DNA from: Takakia lepidozioides
Lineage: Eukaryota; Plantae; Bryophyta
Reading direction: 5' to 3'
Assembly: GCA_030704615.1 (NCBI GenBank)
Contig: CM060734.1
Span: forward strand, 21,762,001 to 21,826,000
Length of the DNA: 64,000 nt
The position numbers and the translations under genes were made by a program. Shown one piece after another: positions 41,001 to 52,474 of the stretch; the first letter of the stretch is position 1, and every line of letters begins with the position of its first letter. Under the pieces are notes generated by a model. It saw nothing but the letters and a program-made list of their open reading frames with translations. It was not told where the DNA came from and ran no database searches.

Positions 41001-43292
41001 AATGGCGTTGACGCCATTCACATACAGTGATGTTGTGAGGTCCTCAGTGATAGGTTCGTATGAATGTGCATTGAGTTTTCCTGGATGGTTCCTTACTCAA
41101 TTTTTTTATTTCCATCCTGTGATTTTGCTTCATTTCAGTAATAATTTGGCTTCATTCTTGAATGTCGTTGACGACATTCACTTCTATGTCTGTGTCATTT
41201 CTAATCGCTTATTTGCATTCACCTGGATTAGGATGTATTTACAGTGTCATGGAATGGAATGTTCTGAATGGCGTTGACGACATTCATATCTGGAGCAGTA
41301 GTGTGGTCCTGAAAGGTCCTTGGAGCAGTTGTCAGAGCCATTTCAATCCATGTTTTATTCTTTCTGTTCTACTTGCATCTTTACTCACTGAGCGCTTTTG
41401 TGGGTTGGGATTCATCTCCTTTTTTCAGGTACACGAAATATGTGCTTATGGAAGGAAATCACCTGAGCGGAATTCCCGACTATTGACATGTGGTCGGACC
41501 CTGCAAACGATCCAACCATGTATACTGCAGGGATATTGAAGGACTGGAGTCCTTCTCACTTCAGAGACTGTGGGTGGTACCTTGACTGCCCACCTGAGCA
41601 CACGACCTTTCAAGAACAGCATATGAAATACTTGAACAATAACGCTGAGATGCTGGCGCCTTTGACTGACGAAGAGTATCAACGAAACATAGCAACCTTG
41701 GCTGCCAAGGAGCCTGATGCTCAGGGAACGCCGCAGAAGGGAAAGAAGGCGGGCCGCAAACCAAAAGAAGGCTGTTGATGTCATAGCCATCTCACCAGCA
41801 AAGCCAAAGGACAAAGACAAGTCCAAAGAGAAGGAAAAGGACAAGGGGAAGGAGAATGAAAAGGAGATGGAGAGTGGCAGGACTTTACTGCTGGAAGATA
41901 TACCCGCACTCTTCAGTGCGTGTTCGATGCCAAGCCACACCCTTCCCGTTCTGATTCAGCAGGAGAGATGAAAATTGTTAATGAGGGTTGGCTTTCGATG
42001 ATGCAGAGTCGAAAGAGAGGATACACTGGGGTGCCATCCCCTACCTGGGACAATATAATCTCATTCCTCAATCTGGTGAGAATTCCAGTTTCTTTCCTTT
42101 TTCTCTGAATGTTTCGTTGGCAGTATTTCAGTCTCGTTCTTTGAAAACATTCTTGCCATCGTTCTTATAAAAAACATGTCTGTTGCAGGTGAGCACAGGT
42201 CCCACCTTCGTGTGCGGTGTGCAGAAAACTTATGCGGCCGACATTGTCATTCTCGACATCCCGGATGGCCAGGCTGTGCCAGAAGTTCTTCCAAAGGGCA
42301 AGACGCCAGGGTGGAACAAATTCGAGGACAACTACTGGAGTTGGGTTCGGGTTCTGTAACAATTTCCTCTCTGATGCAGGGACACTTCTGCTTTTTCAGT
42401 CATGTGACAATGATAGTCGTCGGGCATTGGCATCATACCTCAAGTCTTCAGGGTTTGAAGTTTTGCGCACATGGAATTGTGTGAACAGCCTCTACCTTGT
42501 GAAAGGGGGTTTCCCTGGTCAGCTGGTATGCCGTCTGCCTTCTGCTTATGCTTTGATCATGAGTTTCAATTTTCTCTGCAGCTCCACTCTAGTAGAATGT
42601 TTTATGATCGACACCGATCATCACGATTCATGGTTTTTTGGTGTCAGAGTTCTGAATAGCCGATGTACACACTTCCACTTAGATTGTGTTTACCACACTA
42701 ACCTGCTATCTTTGGCAGACGAGGATGTTCGAGGCGATCTGCCTGCGGAGGATTCGCACATCAAAGACACCATCCTCCATCCGCAGCTTTGAGATTTCTG
42801 ACCAGGGTTGTTTCGTCAACCCCCCCTATGAGCCCCATGTCGATGACATTTTGTACAACTTCATGCAGTCCAGTCAGACTCTGAAGAGACCAGATGGCAC
42901 TCCCTGGAGAGGTGCAAAGGAAAAGTCACCAGCATTCATGCAAATACTGCTGGAGTCATGCAGCCACCGCTCTGCACGGGTGGTCGATCTTTCTGTGTCC
43001 ACAGGTTCGTTTTCTCCCTTCCGAATTGGTTTCCTTTCAACAGTTTCATCTGCTTAAATCCCCTCCTCCAAACTGTTATGTTCTCCTGTCTGGTGCAGGA
43101 GCAACTTACCACGCATGCAAGGCAGGCGGAAGAAGCCTTTTTGGTATGGAGGGTGATTCTGACCTCTACAACACAGTGCTCCTCCCCCTTTTGTCTGGCT
43201 CCACTTCAGGCACACAGACTGATCGGATTCATATTCGAAATGATGACGATCCCGAAGATAAGCAGGTCGACAACGACTTTTCATGTGAGTAA
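38007..43292 (+). CDS. Multi-exon ParB/Srx-like domain + beta-class N6A/N4C DNA methyltransferase-like fusion protein (frameshifted in this assembly)
   Basis: Exons approx. 38007-38297, 38740-39367, 39462-39654, 39739-40177, 40262-40489, 41429-42075, 42189-42525, 42719-43004, 43099-43292. FYVWDGNHRLLAW (ParB/Srx GxHR); ADIVILDIPDG, NFLSDAGTLLLF and KEKSPAFMQILLESCSHRSARVVDLSVSTGATYHACKAGGRSLFGMEGD match motif order IV...X-I-II of beta-class amino-MTases. Confidence 0.75.
38380..38700. repeat. Four degenerate copies of the TGAATGTCGTTGACGACATTCA palindrome in intron 1
   Basis: Copies at ~38385, 38476, 38550, 38676. Confidence 0.65.
40570..41286. repeat. Intronic array of seven 22-bp palindromes TGAATG(T/G)CGT-TG-ACG(A/C)CATTCA with diverged spacers
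   Basis: Copies start at 40570, 40691, 40799, 40894, 40999, 41159, 41265. Confidence 0.92.
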
Positions 43293-44574
43293 GTGCTAAA
43301 CCCTCTTTGGGAGTCATACTCAATTTCTCGATAACATCAAAGTTACAGTAATAACTTTTCAGGCTGTCTTTCAGGAAAGCCAGCGGTGGATCTTCAGGAG
43401 ATACAGTCATTTCTGGCGAGTCTGTTTTCGACAGCCCCCTTTCCAATTTTCTGCTCCTGTTTATGCCGAAGCAATGGCACTTCACGCGTCCGAGTCCCTA
43501 TCCCCTGACTTTTTAGTGGCCAGCCGTAGGTGTATCCAGCGTGGATCCGGTGTTCTAAAATACTTAGACTTAGATGCAGAGGAAGAGGGGATACATTGTA
43601 CTGACTCTGAGTCAGACTGAACTATTCTTTTAATATTCATTTTCATATTATCTGGAAAACGTTGAATCCCCTTACTCTACCGTAGTTGTTCCTTTAGAAC
43701 AATAATAATCACAGAATCAACTTTCGTTTAAATTGCTATATGTATGAATCCATCTCACAAACCTTCCTGACTCTTCTCATATCCATTGTGCATTCATCTA
43801 CACTGTATTCATGCGTGCTCCATTCATGAAAGCTTCCTTTGTACAACATCCATTGTACATTCATCCTCTGTACTCTTTAATCCACCCACAAACCTTCCAC
43901 ACTCATTTCATATACTTTGTGCATTCGTCAAAAGATTTGGTCATGCATCTTCCTGTCATGAATTTTTGTCATTGCTCAACATCCATTATACATTCATCCA
44001 TTTTACTCTTATCCATCCGTCATTCATCCATCTACATAGATTTTTCAAACTCATCCATCTGTTTATCATCCAACTGTACATTCATCCATCATTTATTCAA
44101 TGCCTTTTATTATGTCGTCCAGCTTGTTTCCGCGGTAAAGGGTGCCAATCCGCGGGAATACACTCCACTTTTCTGGGTGCGTGGTGACTCGGCCTCCACG
44201 TGTGATGACGTGGACTGAGCCCGTGACGTGGCATTTGCGCAAGGTGACGTGGCGTGAGCGCAGTGCGCTCACGCGCTCACGTGACCAGGCTCACGCCGAG
44301 GCAAACCGCGACTCATGTCGAGGGTTTTCGTGGTGGTTCGCCATAAAATGGCATGGCTGGTTGTGAAACCCCCGCGGACAGCTACAGAAGTATATATAGG
44401 GAGTAGTAACCCCGAGAACGGTGCAAGCCCGTTGGTGACCAAAAACTAGTGAGTAAGTCAAAGAGTGGGGAGCTGTTCCGGACTGCCATCTACCAAAGGA
44501 GTCCGCTTATGTCCCGGTTCCAAGTTTTGGGAGTCGCGCATCAAAGCGAGTAACTATGACCTTTGCGCGACACT

Positions 44575-44586
44575 TGGTATCAGAGC
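44575..44586 (+). promoter_or_regulatory. Primer binding site (tRNA-iMet)
   Basis: TGGTATCAGAGC two bases after the 5' LTR end. Confidence 0.92.
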
Positions 44587-44627
44587 TTAGAGTTCAGTAC
44601 GCGATCGTCCTTGGGATTGGCCTCATC

Positions 44628-45660
44628 ATGGGGTCGGGCAAGCCAAAGCGAAAGCGGAACGGCCAAAAGATGATGATCCTGGTGAGCCCGATGGGGGCGA
44701 CGTGTCACCGGCCGTTTGAGGAAGCGAATGTTTCGAAACGAGGCCGCTCAAGAGCGGGAGGAATCCGAGGAGTCGGAGCCCGAGGAATCCTGAGAGCTCC
44801 GACCAAGAGATGCCTCCCATGCCGCCTTTTGGGAAGGGTTGTTGGCGCAGTTTGGGGACGTTGAAAGACGTGTTGAAGGCGGCTAATGCCACTTCCACTA
44901 AGGCAAAGTTTAAAGTGAAGCCTAAGGAACCCGGCACCTTCGAGGGCGTCCGAAATCGGAAGGCACTCAACACCTGGCTCCTGGAGCTAGCAGTACTTCC
45001 GGGCGGCCAAGTTGAGTGACGAGGATCGGGTGGAAGTGGCTCCCACCTATTTGAGGGGCTATGCTCAACAATGGTGGCAGAAACGCCTTCACGACCGAGG
45101 CCCAAGCCCGGAAACCTTGAACTGGAGTGGGTTCAAGGAATTGATGAAGAGACAGTTTGTGCCCCTCAACGCGTCCTGGCTTGCCCGGGACAAGATGAAT
45201 TTGAAGCAAACAGATGACATTCGGGGGTATGTCCAGGCTTTCAATGTGCTGTTGCTCGAAGTCGCGGACATGGCAGAACCAGAAATGGTCTTCAACTTTG
45301 TGGCGGGACTGGCCCCATGGGCCAGGCGGAAGTTGGAGGAGAAGCCACCCAAGACTTTGAACGAGGCAATTGAGAGGGCTGAATGTTTCTCGGATGTCCC
45401 TAGGGGTGAGAGACAAGGCCGTACGGAGCTGAACCACAAGAAGACCGGCGGGAAGGTGACTCCTTCCGACCGGAAAAGAAGTGGGATAGGCCACGCGGCG
45501 ACAATGGCACGTGGAAATCGAAGGGAGGGCCTTCACACGTCAAGGCGGCACCCGGTGCTTCGAAAGGAAAAGCGGGTGGAGCGGCTTATGGCGGACAGAA
45601 GGCACCTTTGATGGAGTGTGTTTCAATTGCGGGGAGCCCGGCACATGGCCAAGAAGTGCA
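44628..45660 (+). CDS. gag: Retrotransposon Gag (frameshifted) with CCHC zinc knuckle
   Basis: [34 protein letters not shown]; [14 protein letters not shown] at ~45618-45660. Confidence 0.85.
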
Positions 45661-48600
45661 CGAAACCTCGACAATTGAACATGACTCGGGCAACCACGGA
45701 GCTGTCGGAAGATACCATCAGTCGCTTGGTGGAAGCGGTGGTCGCCAGGACTTGCAAGGTAGGCAACTATTCTTGTGAGTTGTATCAGGAAACTGGCGCC
45801 CTGCGTAAAGGGAGTCAGTTATTGTTCGTGGATGGGATAATATCCGGAACTAACGTGTCGTTGTTGGTGGACACAGGAGCGTCGCACTCCTTCATGACGC
45901 CGGCGGCGGCGCGAAAGTTGGGACTCCCGACAAGTGACGTGGGGGCCTCTATTGAGGTGCGTTCTGCCAAAGGAGAACCACAGTTGGCGACAAAGTTGGC
46001 GTTTGATGTTCCTCTTCAACTGGGGAGTTGGGAGGGACGTGAGAACTTCACCATCTGCGAGATCGATGGAGTGGATCTCATTTTGGGGATGACCTTTTTG
46101 AGCAAATCCGGAGCGGTCATAGATGGCCGCAAGAGAGTAGTCACGCTGCCATGTGGGAATGGTGGCGAGGCCTTACGAGTGTCGGAAACGCCCAAATCCG
46201 TGGGAGGGCGAATAAACCTTCTGTCAGCAAGGGAGTGGGCCGTGGAGGAGGCACACGAGCCCCAATTTTTGCTTTACATTAGAGAAGTGAAGGGAGAAGG
46301 CGATGGGGAGCCGAGCCCAGATTGGATCAAGGGGATCTTGGAGAAATACCAGGATGTGATGCCGGAGGATTTACCAAGCGGCTTGCCACCGCGAAGAGGA
46401 GTTGACCACAAGATTGAGGTGATACCGGGATCGGAACCGCCTGCCAAGGCACCCTACCGGTTGAGCCACATGGAGTTGGTCGAGCTGAAAACTCAGCTCA
46501 AGGATCTAATGTCAAAGGGGTACATCCGGCCGAGTAAGTCACCTTACGGAGCCCCGGTGCTATTCGCAGACAAGAAGGATGGGACGCTGCGGATGTGTGT
46601 CGATTACAGGGCTTTGAATAAGGTGACTATTAAAAACCGGTACCCTTTGCCAAGGATCGACGACCTTTTCGACCGGTTGGCAGGAGCGAAGTATTTCAGC
46701 CGGATCGACTTGCGCTCCGGCTATCATCAAATTCGGGTGGCGGAAGGAGATGAGGAGAAGACCGCGTGCAAGACAAGGTATGGTTCTTATGAGTTCTTGG
46801 TGATGCCTTTTGGGCTCACTAATGCACCAGCGACCTTTAGCACGCTGATGAACAGCCTTTTTCAGGAGTGGTTAGATGACTTTGTGATCGTGTACATCGA
46901 CGACATCTTGGTGTACTCGAAAACAAAGGAGGAACACCCGGAGCACCTCAAAAGGGTGTTCCAAAAGTTGCGGGAAGGGAAGCTGTACGCCAAAGCTTCA
47001 AAATGCGAATTCGGGGTCACGAAAGTGGAGTTCTTGGGGCATGTGATTACACAGGATGGGATCAAAATGGATGACAGAAAGGTGAGGGCGATCTTGGACT
47101 GGGAGCCTCCGACTTCGGTCCCGGGAGTGCGATCCTTCCTAGGACTCGCCTCCTATTATCGGAAGTATGTGAGAAATTTCGCCAAGATTGCGGGGCCGCT
47201 GTCAGATCTTCTGTGTAAATCTAAAGTCTGGGCATGGAACACTTTTTGTGGCCAAGCTTTTGCTGAATTGAAGCAGCGGATGGCGGAAGCTCCGGTCTTG
47301 AAAATCCCGGAGTTCGATCGTCCATTCGAGATACATACAGATGCGTCGGACTTCGCGATTGGGGTTGGACTGATGCAAGATGGACGTCCAGTGGCTTACG
47401 AAAGTAAGAAACTGAATGAAGTAGAGCAACGGTGGCCGACACACGAAAAAGAGATGAAGGCGGTGGTGCACTGTCTTGAGCTTTGGCGCCACTATGTTGG
47501 TTCCAACCCAGTGAAGGTGTTCACGGACAATGTCACGGTGAAGTATTTTGCCACGCAGCCCAAGTTGTCCCCAAAACAACTTAGGTGGCAAGATACTTTG
47601 GCGGTGTTCGACGTGGATATCCTGTACAAACCGGGACGAGACAACGTGGTGGCCGATGCTTTAAGTAGAAAGCAGCAGCTCTTGTTGGTGTACAAGGGCA
47701 AGACGACGCTCCAAAGGAAGATCCGGAAGGCTTGCCGGAAGGATGAGCTGGCGAAGTCCGTGATGCAGGACTTGAGGATGGGGGTTAAATCGCAGTTCCA
47801 CTTACAAAATGGACTGCTCCGGTATAAGCAAAAACGTCTCTACGTGCCGAAGGGAGGGATCAGAGATAGCCTCTTGAGAGAATGCCATGATAGCCCGCTT
47901 GCGGGCCACGACGGAGCCAAGCGCACTGCGGCACTCTTGAAGAAAGAGTATTTCTGGCCCAAACTGAGGGAGGAGGCAGAGGAGTATGTCAAGACATGCA
48001 CCACATGCCAACAAAACCGGAGCGAGTACAAAAAGCAAGCGGGGCTGTTACAACCCTTGCCGATTCCAGAGGGGACTTGGGAAAGCGTCTCGATGGATTT
48101 CATGACTGCTATGCCGCTGTCAAAAGGATTCGATGCAATCATGGTGGTGGTGGATAGGTTCAGTAAAATGGGTCATTTCATCCCCACCAAGGAGACGGCA
48201 ACGGCGCAGGAGACAGGGCGACTTTACTTCACCCACGTCTTAAAGCATCATGGAGTCCCGAAGGATATTGTCTCGGACCGCGATCCAAAGTTTACGAGTA
48301 AATTTTGGAGGGCACTCTGGAAGAAGATGGGGACGAGGCTGAAGATGAGCACCGCCTTCCGACCTACGACCGACGGCCAAACAGAAAGAGTGAATTCCGT
48401 AGTGAAGCAGATCTTGCGGAATTACGTGTCGGCAGACCAAACAGACTGGGTGGAACACTTAGACGCGGCAGAGTTCTGTTATAATAACACAGAACACTCC
48501 GCAACGGGAGTTTCCCCTTTTGTATTGGTCTATGGAAAAGCACCTCTGGTGCCGATAAGTTGGGCCGCCCAGGACGTCGAAGAACCGGCAGTAGCGGCGG

Positions 48601-49160
48601 TACTGGAAGAACGCGAGCGTTTGTTGAAGCTCGCAAAGTACAACATTGCCAAAGCCAGGAAACGGTATGAAAGGCAGGCGAATCGGAAGCGGAGGGAAGT
48701 GAAATTTGAGGCAGGCACAGAGGTCTGGTTGAACATCAAGAATTTCCGACTACCTCTGGAAGTCAGTCCGAAGTTCGTACCTCCGTATGCGGGACCCTTT
48801 CGCATTCGGAAGGTTATGAATGAGGATGTGTATGAATTGGAGCTGCCGGCAAACAGCAAGGTGCACCCAGTATTCCATGTCTCCCTTTTGAAGCCTTACT
48901 TCAAAGATGAAGCGCGTCCGAATCGGCACCAAGTGTTGCGTCCGCCACCTATGCTGTTGGATCATGAGAATGAACCTGAGTACGAGGTGGAGGCAATACT
49001 TAAGTCGAAGAGGTTCAGGAACCGAGAAACGGAGTATCTCGTCAAATGGAAGGGCTATCATCAGGTGGCGGCATCTTGGGTGCGTGCCTCAGAAATGGGA
49101 AACGCATCCGAGGCGGTCGCAGTTTTCGAAGGGCGACCTCAAAAGCGGAAGAAGAGTTGA
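45618..49160 (+). CDS. pol: Pol polyprotein: protease, RT, RNase H, integrase, chromodomain
   Basis: [11 protein letters not shown]; YIDDILVYS; [10 protein letters not shown]; H..PLAGH...CTTCQ; SMDF/SDRD/TDGQTER; EYEVEAIL...YLVKWKGY. Confidence 0.97.
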   Translation: MFQLRGARHMAKKCTKPRQLNMTRATTELSEDTISRLVEAVVARTCKVGNYSCELYQETGALRKGSQLLFVDGIISGTNVSLLVDTGASHSFMTPAAARKLGLPTSDVGASIEVRSAKGEPQLATKLAFDVPLQLGSWEGRENFTICEIDGVDLILGMTFLSKSGAVIDGRKRVVTLPCGNGGEALRVSETPKSVGGRINLLSAREWAVEEAHEPQFLLYIREVKGEGDGEPSPDWIKGILEKYQDVMPEDLPSGLPPRRGVDHKIEVIPGSEPPAKAPYRLSHMELVELKTQLKDLMSKGYIRPSKSPYGAPVLFADKKDGTLRMCVDYRALNKVTIKNRYPLPRIDDLFDRLAGAKYFSRIDLRSGYHQIRVAEGDEEKTACKTRYGSYEFLVMPFGLTNAPATFSTLMNSLFQEWLDDFVIVYIDDILVYSKTKEEHPEHLKRVFQKLREGKLYAKASKCEFGVTKVEFLGHVITQDGIKMDDRKVRAILDWEPPTSVPGVRSFLGLASYYRKYVRNFAKIAGPLSDLLCKSKVWAWNTFCGQAFAELKQRMAEAPVLKIPEFDRPFEIHTDASDFAIGVGLMQDGRPVAYESKKLNEVEQRWPTHEKEMKAVVHCLELWRHYVGSNPVKVFTDNVTVKYFATQPKLSPKQLRWQDTLAVFDVDILYKPGRDNVVADALSRKQQLLLVYKGKTTLQRKIRKACRKDELAKSVMQDLRMGVKSQFHLQNGLLRYKQKRLYVPKGGIRDSLLRECHDSPLAGHDGAKRTAALLKKEYFWPKLREEAEEYVKTCTTCQQNRSEYKKQAGLLQPLPIPEGTWESVSMDFMTAMPLSKGFDAIMVVVDRFSKMGHFIPTKETATAQETGRLYFTHVLKHHGVPKDIVSDRDPKFTSKFWRALWKKMGTRLKMSTAFRPTTDGQTERVNSVVKQILRNYVSADQTDWVEHLDAAEFCYNNTEHSATGVSPFVLVYGKAPLVPISWAAQDVEEPAVAAVLEERERLLKLAKYNIAKARKRYERQANRKRREVKFEAGTEVWLNIKNFRLPLEVSPKFVPPYAGPFRIRKVMNEDVYELELPANSKVHPVFHVSLLKPYFKDEARPNRHQVLRPPPMLLDHENEPEYEVEAILKSKRFRNRETEYLVKWKGYHQVAASWVRASEMGNASEAVAVFEGRPQKRKKS

Positions 49161-50066
49161 TGGGGACATCAACCTTGGAGCGTGGGGGAGGAAATGCATG
49201 CTTAGCCCGGCTTAGCTAGCTTAGGAATCCGATTACAAAAACTTGTATTCTACAAAAATTTGTTATAAAGGAAATGGGTTCCAAATGTTGTGCGTCCTAT
49301 TTTGTTTGGAATGGTGATGCATGGTATGGTTGGCTAGTGTGTAGAATGCATGCTAGCTTATAAAAGTGGGAGAGGTAAATTGGGTTAATCGTGTGTTTGC
49401 GTAGTGCCGAAATCGGGTGACCCCCATCCAAGGGGCAAGGAAACTTGCGACTTCTTTGGGAGTTCACGTGCTAGTGCGCACCTGGCGCGTGCGCGTACTA
49501 TAACTGCGCTACCGAGGGGGGTTGCCTTGTAGTGCGGGCTAACGCGGAAGCTACGTGCTTCCGTTCATGTACTATAATTGTGTAGCCTCGGGACGAAGTC
49601 GTAGTGCGGCTTCGGCGTGTTCCCGTACCTCAGGCCAGCATTCCAAGGCGGACCCAATTGTAGTGATTGGGGCGCACGGTTGGTTCAAGGTTATCTTCCT
49701 AGTCAAAGAGGGTTCCAGGGAACCCTTGCTCAAGGTGATGCCAAAAGCGGCATCATGAGTGATCGCGAGCAATGTTGTTGCAGTACGGCGATTTGATCCT
49801 CGGGGAGGATCGTTCCTTGGCCTTGAAGTAGACCAAGAAGAGTGCACTGGGAGGAGCTGGAGAGGCTCCACCCTTGGCCGGGACTTGGAGGAAGTCGGCC
49901 GAATTAGCTAGTGGAGAGTAGAGTCAAGTGTGGGGTTTGGTTCTTTACCATGGGACGCCATGGTGCGGAAACAAACTCCTTGATGTGGGACGCCACAACT
50001 TGGATGTTCGTTTCTACAAAATGGACAAGTCGATGAGGACATCGACTCCCTATTGGTAGGGGTGTG

Positions 50067-50789
50067 TGTCGCGGCCCTTTGCCTTGAGGGCAGGGGGTCG
50101 GACACATGAGGAGCTGCCCCTGTGGTGGGGGCAGCGGCAGCGATAGGTATGGGGGGCTGAAGCACCCTTGAGTGCCCAAGGCACTCAAGGAGGCGGAGGC
50201 GCTCACTAGGTGGAGCCCCGCACACCGGGTTGCGGTGGGGGTGGCTCCACAAGGGGTGGTGGTAGCTTAGCGGGACTTAGTGGGGGTGGCATAGAACTCA
50301 CCATGGGGCGGAGACCTCGTGGTGGGAGTCGTGGGGAGTCTTGGGACTCATCACGGTCCATAAGGGCCGTGGTGAGTGGGCCAAAACTCACCGCGACTCA
50401 TCACCGGGAGTCGAGGGTTTTCGTGGTGGTTCGCCATAAAATGGCATGGCTGGTTGTGAAACCCCCGTGGACAGCTACAGAAGTATATATAGGGAGTAGT
50501 AACCCCGAGAACGGTGCAAGCCCGTTGGTGACCAAAAACTAGTGAGTAAGCGAGCGAGCCGGAAAGCGACCAAAGAGTGGGGAGCTGTTCCGGACTACCA
50601 TCTACCAAAGGGAATTCCACTAGTCCCAAATAGGTGGAGGGTTTAGTGGGAAACGAAGGGGGACCGTTATGTCCCGGTGAGCAGCCGAAGCTCCAAGTTG
50701 GCCCGGCGGCCAGGTTGGGAGTCAGGCGCGCGCATCAAAGCGAGTAACTATGACGTGAAGGGGAGCTTACCAAAGGGAGGTGCGCAACA
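50067..50789 (+). repeat. 3' LTR (723 bp), preceded by purine-rich GGTAGGGG tract
   Basis: TGTCGCGG...GCGCAACA followed by TSD GAGAG. Confidence 0.92.
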
Positions 50790-51862
50790 GAGAGTGGTCC
50801 CCCCCTTTATCACTTGGTGAGTGCAGATGGTACACAATGAGCAGTCGGCCCGTCCTTACTTGTTGACTGCAGATATCTGATAACGTAACTTAGTAACGTA
50901 AGGTGACTACAGCTGGTAGCTAACTTAGAAAGTGAGCCTCCTCGAGCTCTTTACATTTGGTGACTACAGATGGTCGAAAGTGAGTAGGCTCGGCACCCTG
51001 TTATACTTGCTGTGTGATTTCAAATGGTTGCCGGAAGGAATTCGAGTTGTGCAACCTTGCTCATTAAATGAAGCAGCCGTTGTGGTATTTTGAAACAAAA
51101 TGTGCCCCAAATCTGCCCTATGCCTGCTCTTTAGGTGATTAATTAAGTGCAAATCGTGATTACAGTAATATATTTGATTTGTTTAAAACCGTACAGTATA
51201 AATCCAATAAGGACATGGATGTGTACACGTTTAGTTGTAAAACCACCCTATCTGTAGGTAACTTTGGCCATTGGTAGACCTTAAATAAATCACTTGACTC
51301 TATCCATCCATTCAAGGACCTATGAAGTCACTTTTATACACAAAAATAGGGGTCCATTCAAGGTCACACTCATATTTGGGTGTTTCTACCTTAATTTTGT
51401 TTCCTGGTTGGTTTTTGGTGCATGTTGGGTGGGGTGGTGTTGTAGGCCACCCTATGTTGTAGTGGGCAAAGTCTTTATGACTGTGGTTCAATTCTTCCAT
51501 AGGGTACTTTATAGATTAGACTTCCTGTCAATTGTCTTTGTGTTGTGACTTCTAAGTTATGTGCTTCAATGGTGCTACCAATACTGCATCGCCAAATTAC
51601 ACCCACCAGCACTTCAACCATAGCCTAAATGAGTCAGTACTTGTGGATTTCCATTCACCAAATTACATCAACCATACTTCAACCTTAGCCTGAACGAGTC
51701 ACTACTTATGGATTTCCATTCGCCAGCTTGTGTCTACAAGCAAATGGATGGTGTCGCATAATCCAGCCACCAGACTCAAACTTGTAGCCACTCTTTTCGG
51801 AATCAGATTCTCTGCTATAGCCACACCAACTGAAGCTTCCCCTCCCAAGGTGTCACTCGTGC

Positions 51863-52474
51863 CAACGACGCAATGGCGTGAGCGTTGCGCGTGAGCGTAC
51901 GCTCACGCAGGAGTGACGTGGCGTGAGCGTGCACCCACGCTGACGTGGCATGAGCGTCATGTCAGCATGCTGATGTGGCGGCAAATGATGACATGGCACT
52001 GTCCGTCATCTGCCACGTCAGCATTAACATGCGCCGCCTATAACCGAGGATGGTCCTATGACTGTGGAATTAATGCAGGGAATCTTGCCTAAATAGAATC
52101 AAGACTACCATGAGGCCTACAATTGTAGCATCCAACATTGTGCAATTACAAATGCTTGTTTCACTTTTACAATTATGAGGACGAGAAAATATCCTCACAA
52201 AGTGTGCGCCATAGAGGCTGCCACGGGAAGACCTTCCTCCCTCCTCAAATAACAATGAGAGTTAGGATCATCTTCAAAAGATGATTGTAGTGCATAGCGA
52301 CAGCAAGACATGTAGACTTCGAACGGTGCAATGACAAATGTGCTTTTAAAAGTTGCCACTCAGAGCTCACTCAGTATAGTTGGAGGCCATATCATTGCAC
52401 CGCCGACGAATTGATGTGAATTACACATTTCAAATCATGGTCGTCCACATACCACATTGCATAGTTGATGCTAC
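51863..52474. mobile_element. Truncated second copy of the MULE left end
   Basis: Highly similar to 33036-33657, starting at the same CAACGACGCAATGGCGTGAGC terminus. Confidence 0.92.

Larger units (their letters stand above)
33037..44304. mobile_element. Mutator-like DNA transposon (~11.3 kb) with transposase and ParB-methyltransferase-like cargo gene
   Basis: ACCGCGACTCA duplicated at 33027-33037 and 44305-44315 (single copy in the 3' LTR), so TSD of 9-11 bp; imperfect ~180-210 bp TIRs rich in GCGTGAGC/GACGTGGC (33037-33250, 44128-44304). Confidence 0.9.
32702..44572 (+). repeat. 5' LTR, split into 32702-33037 and 44305-44572 by the MULE insertion
   Basis: Both halves match the 3' LTR 50067-50789 in order; ends TGCGCGACA just before the PBS. 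Confidence 0.9.
32702..50789 (+). mobile_element. Full-length Ty3/gypsy chromovirus-type LTR retrotransposon with nested MULE in the 5' LTR
   Basis: 5-bp TSD GAGAG (32697-32701, 50790-50794); LTRs TGTCGCG...CA; PBS; gag-pol with chromodomain. Confidence 0.95.

Noticed and set aside
40570-41286. CRISPR-like array (palindromic repeats with spacers)
   Set aside because: Spacers are 73-138 bp, unequal and related to one another; eukaryotic intron; no cas genes
42815-42832. NPPY as the true catalytic motif IV
   Set aside because: Lacks the preceding hydrophobic D-strand context and lies after motifs V-VIII; DIVILDIPDG fits the motif IV position better
38740-43292. Bacterial or phage contamination explaining ParB-MTase
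   Set aside because: Gene has GT-AG introns, shares intron positions with a paralogue, and sits inside a TSD-bounded element within a plant LTR
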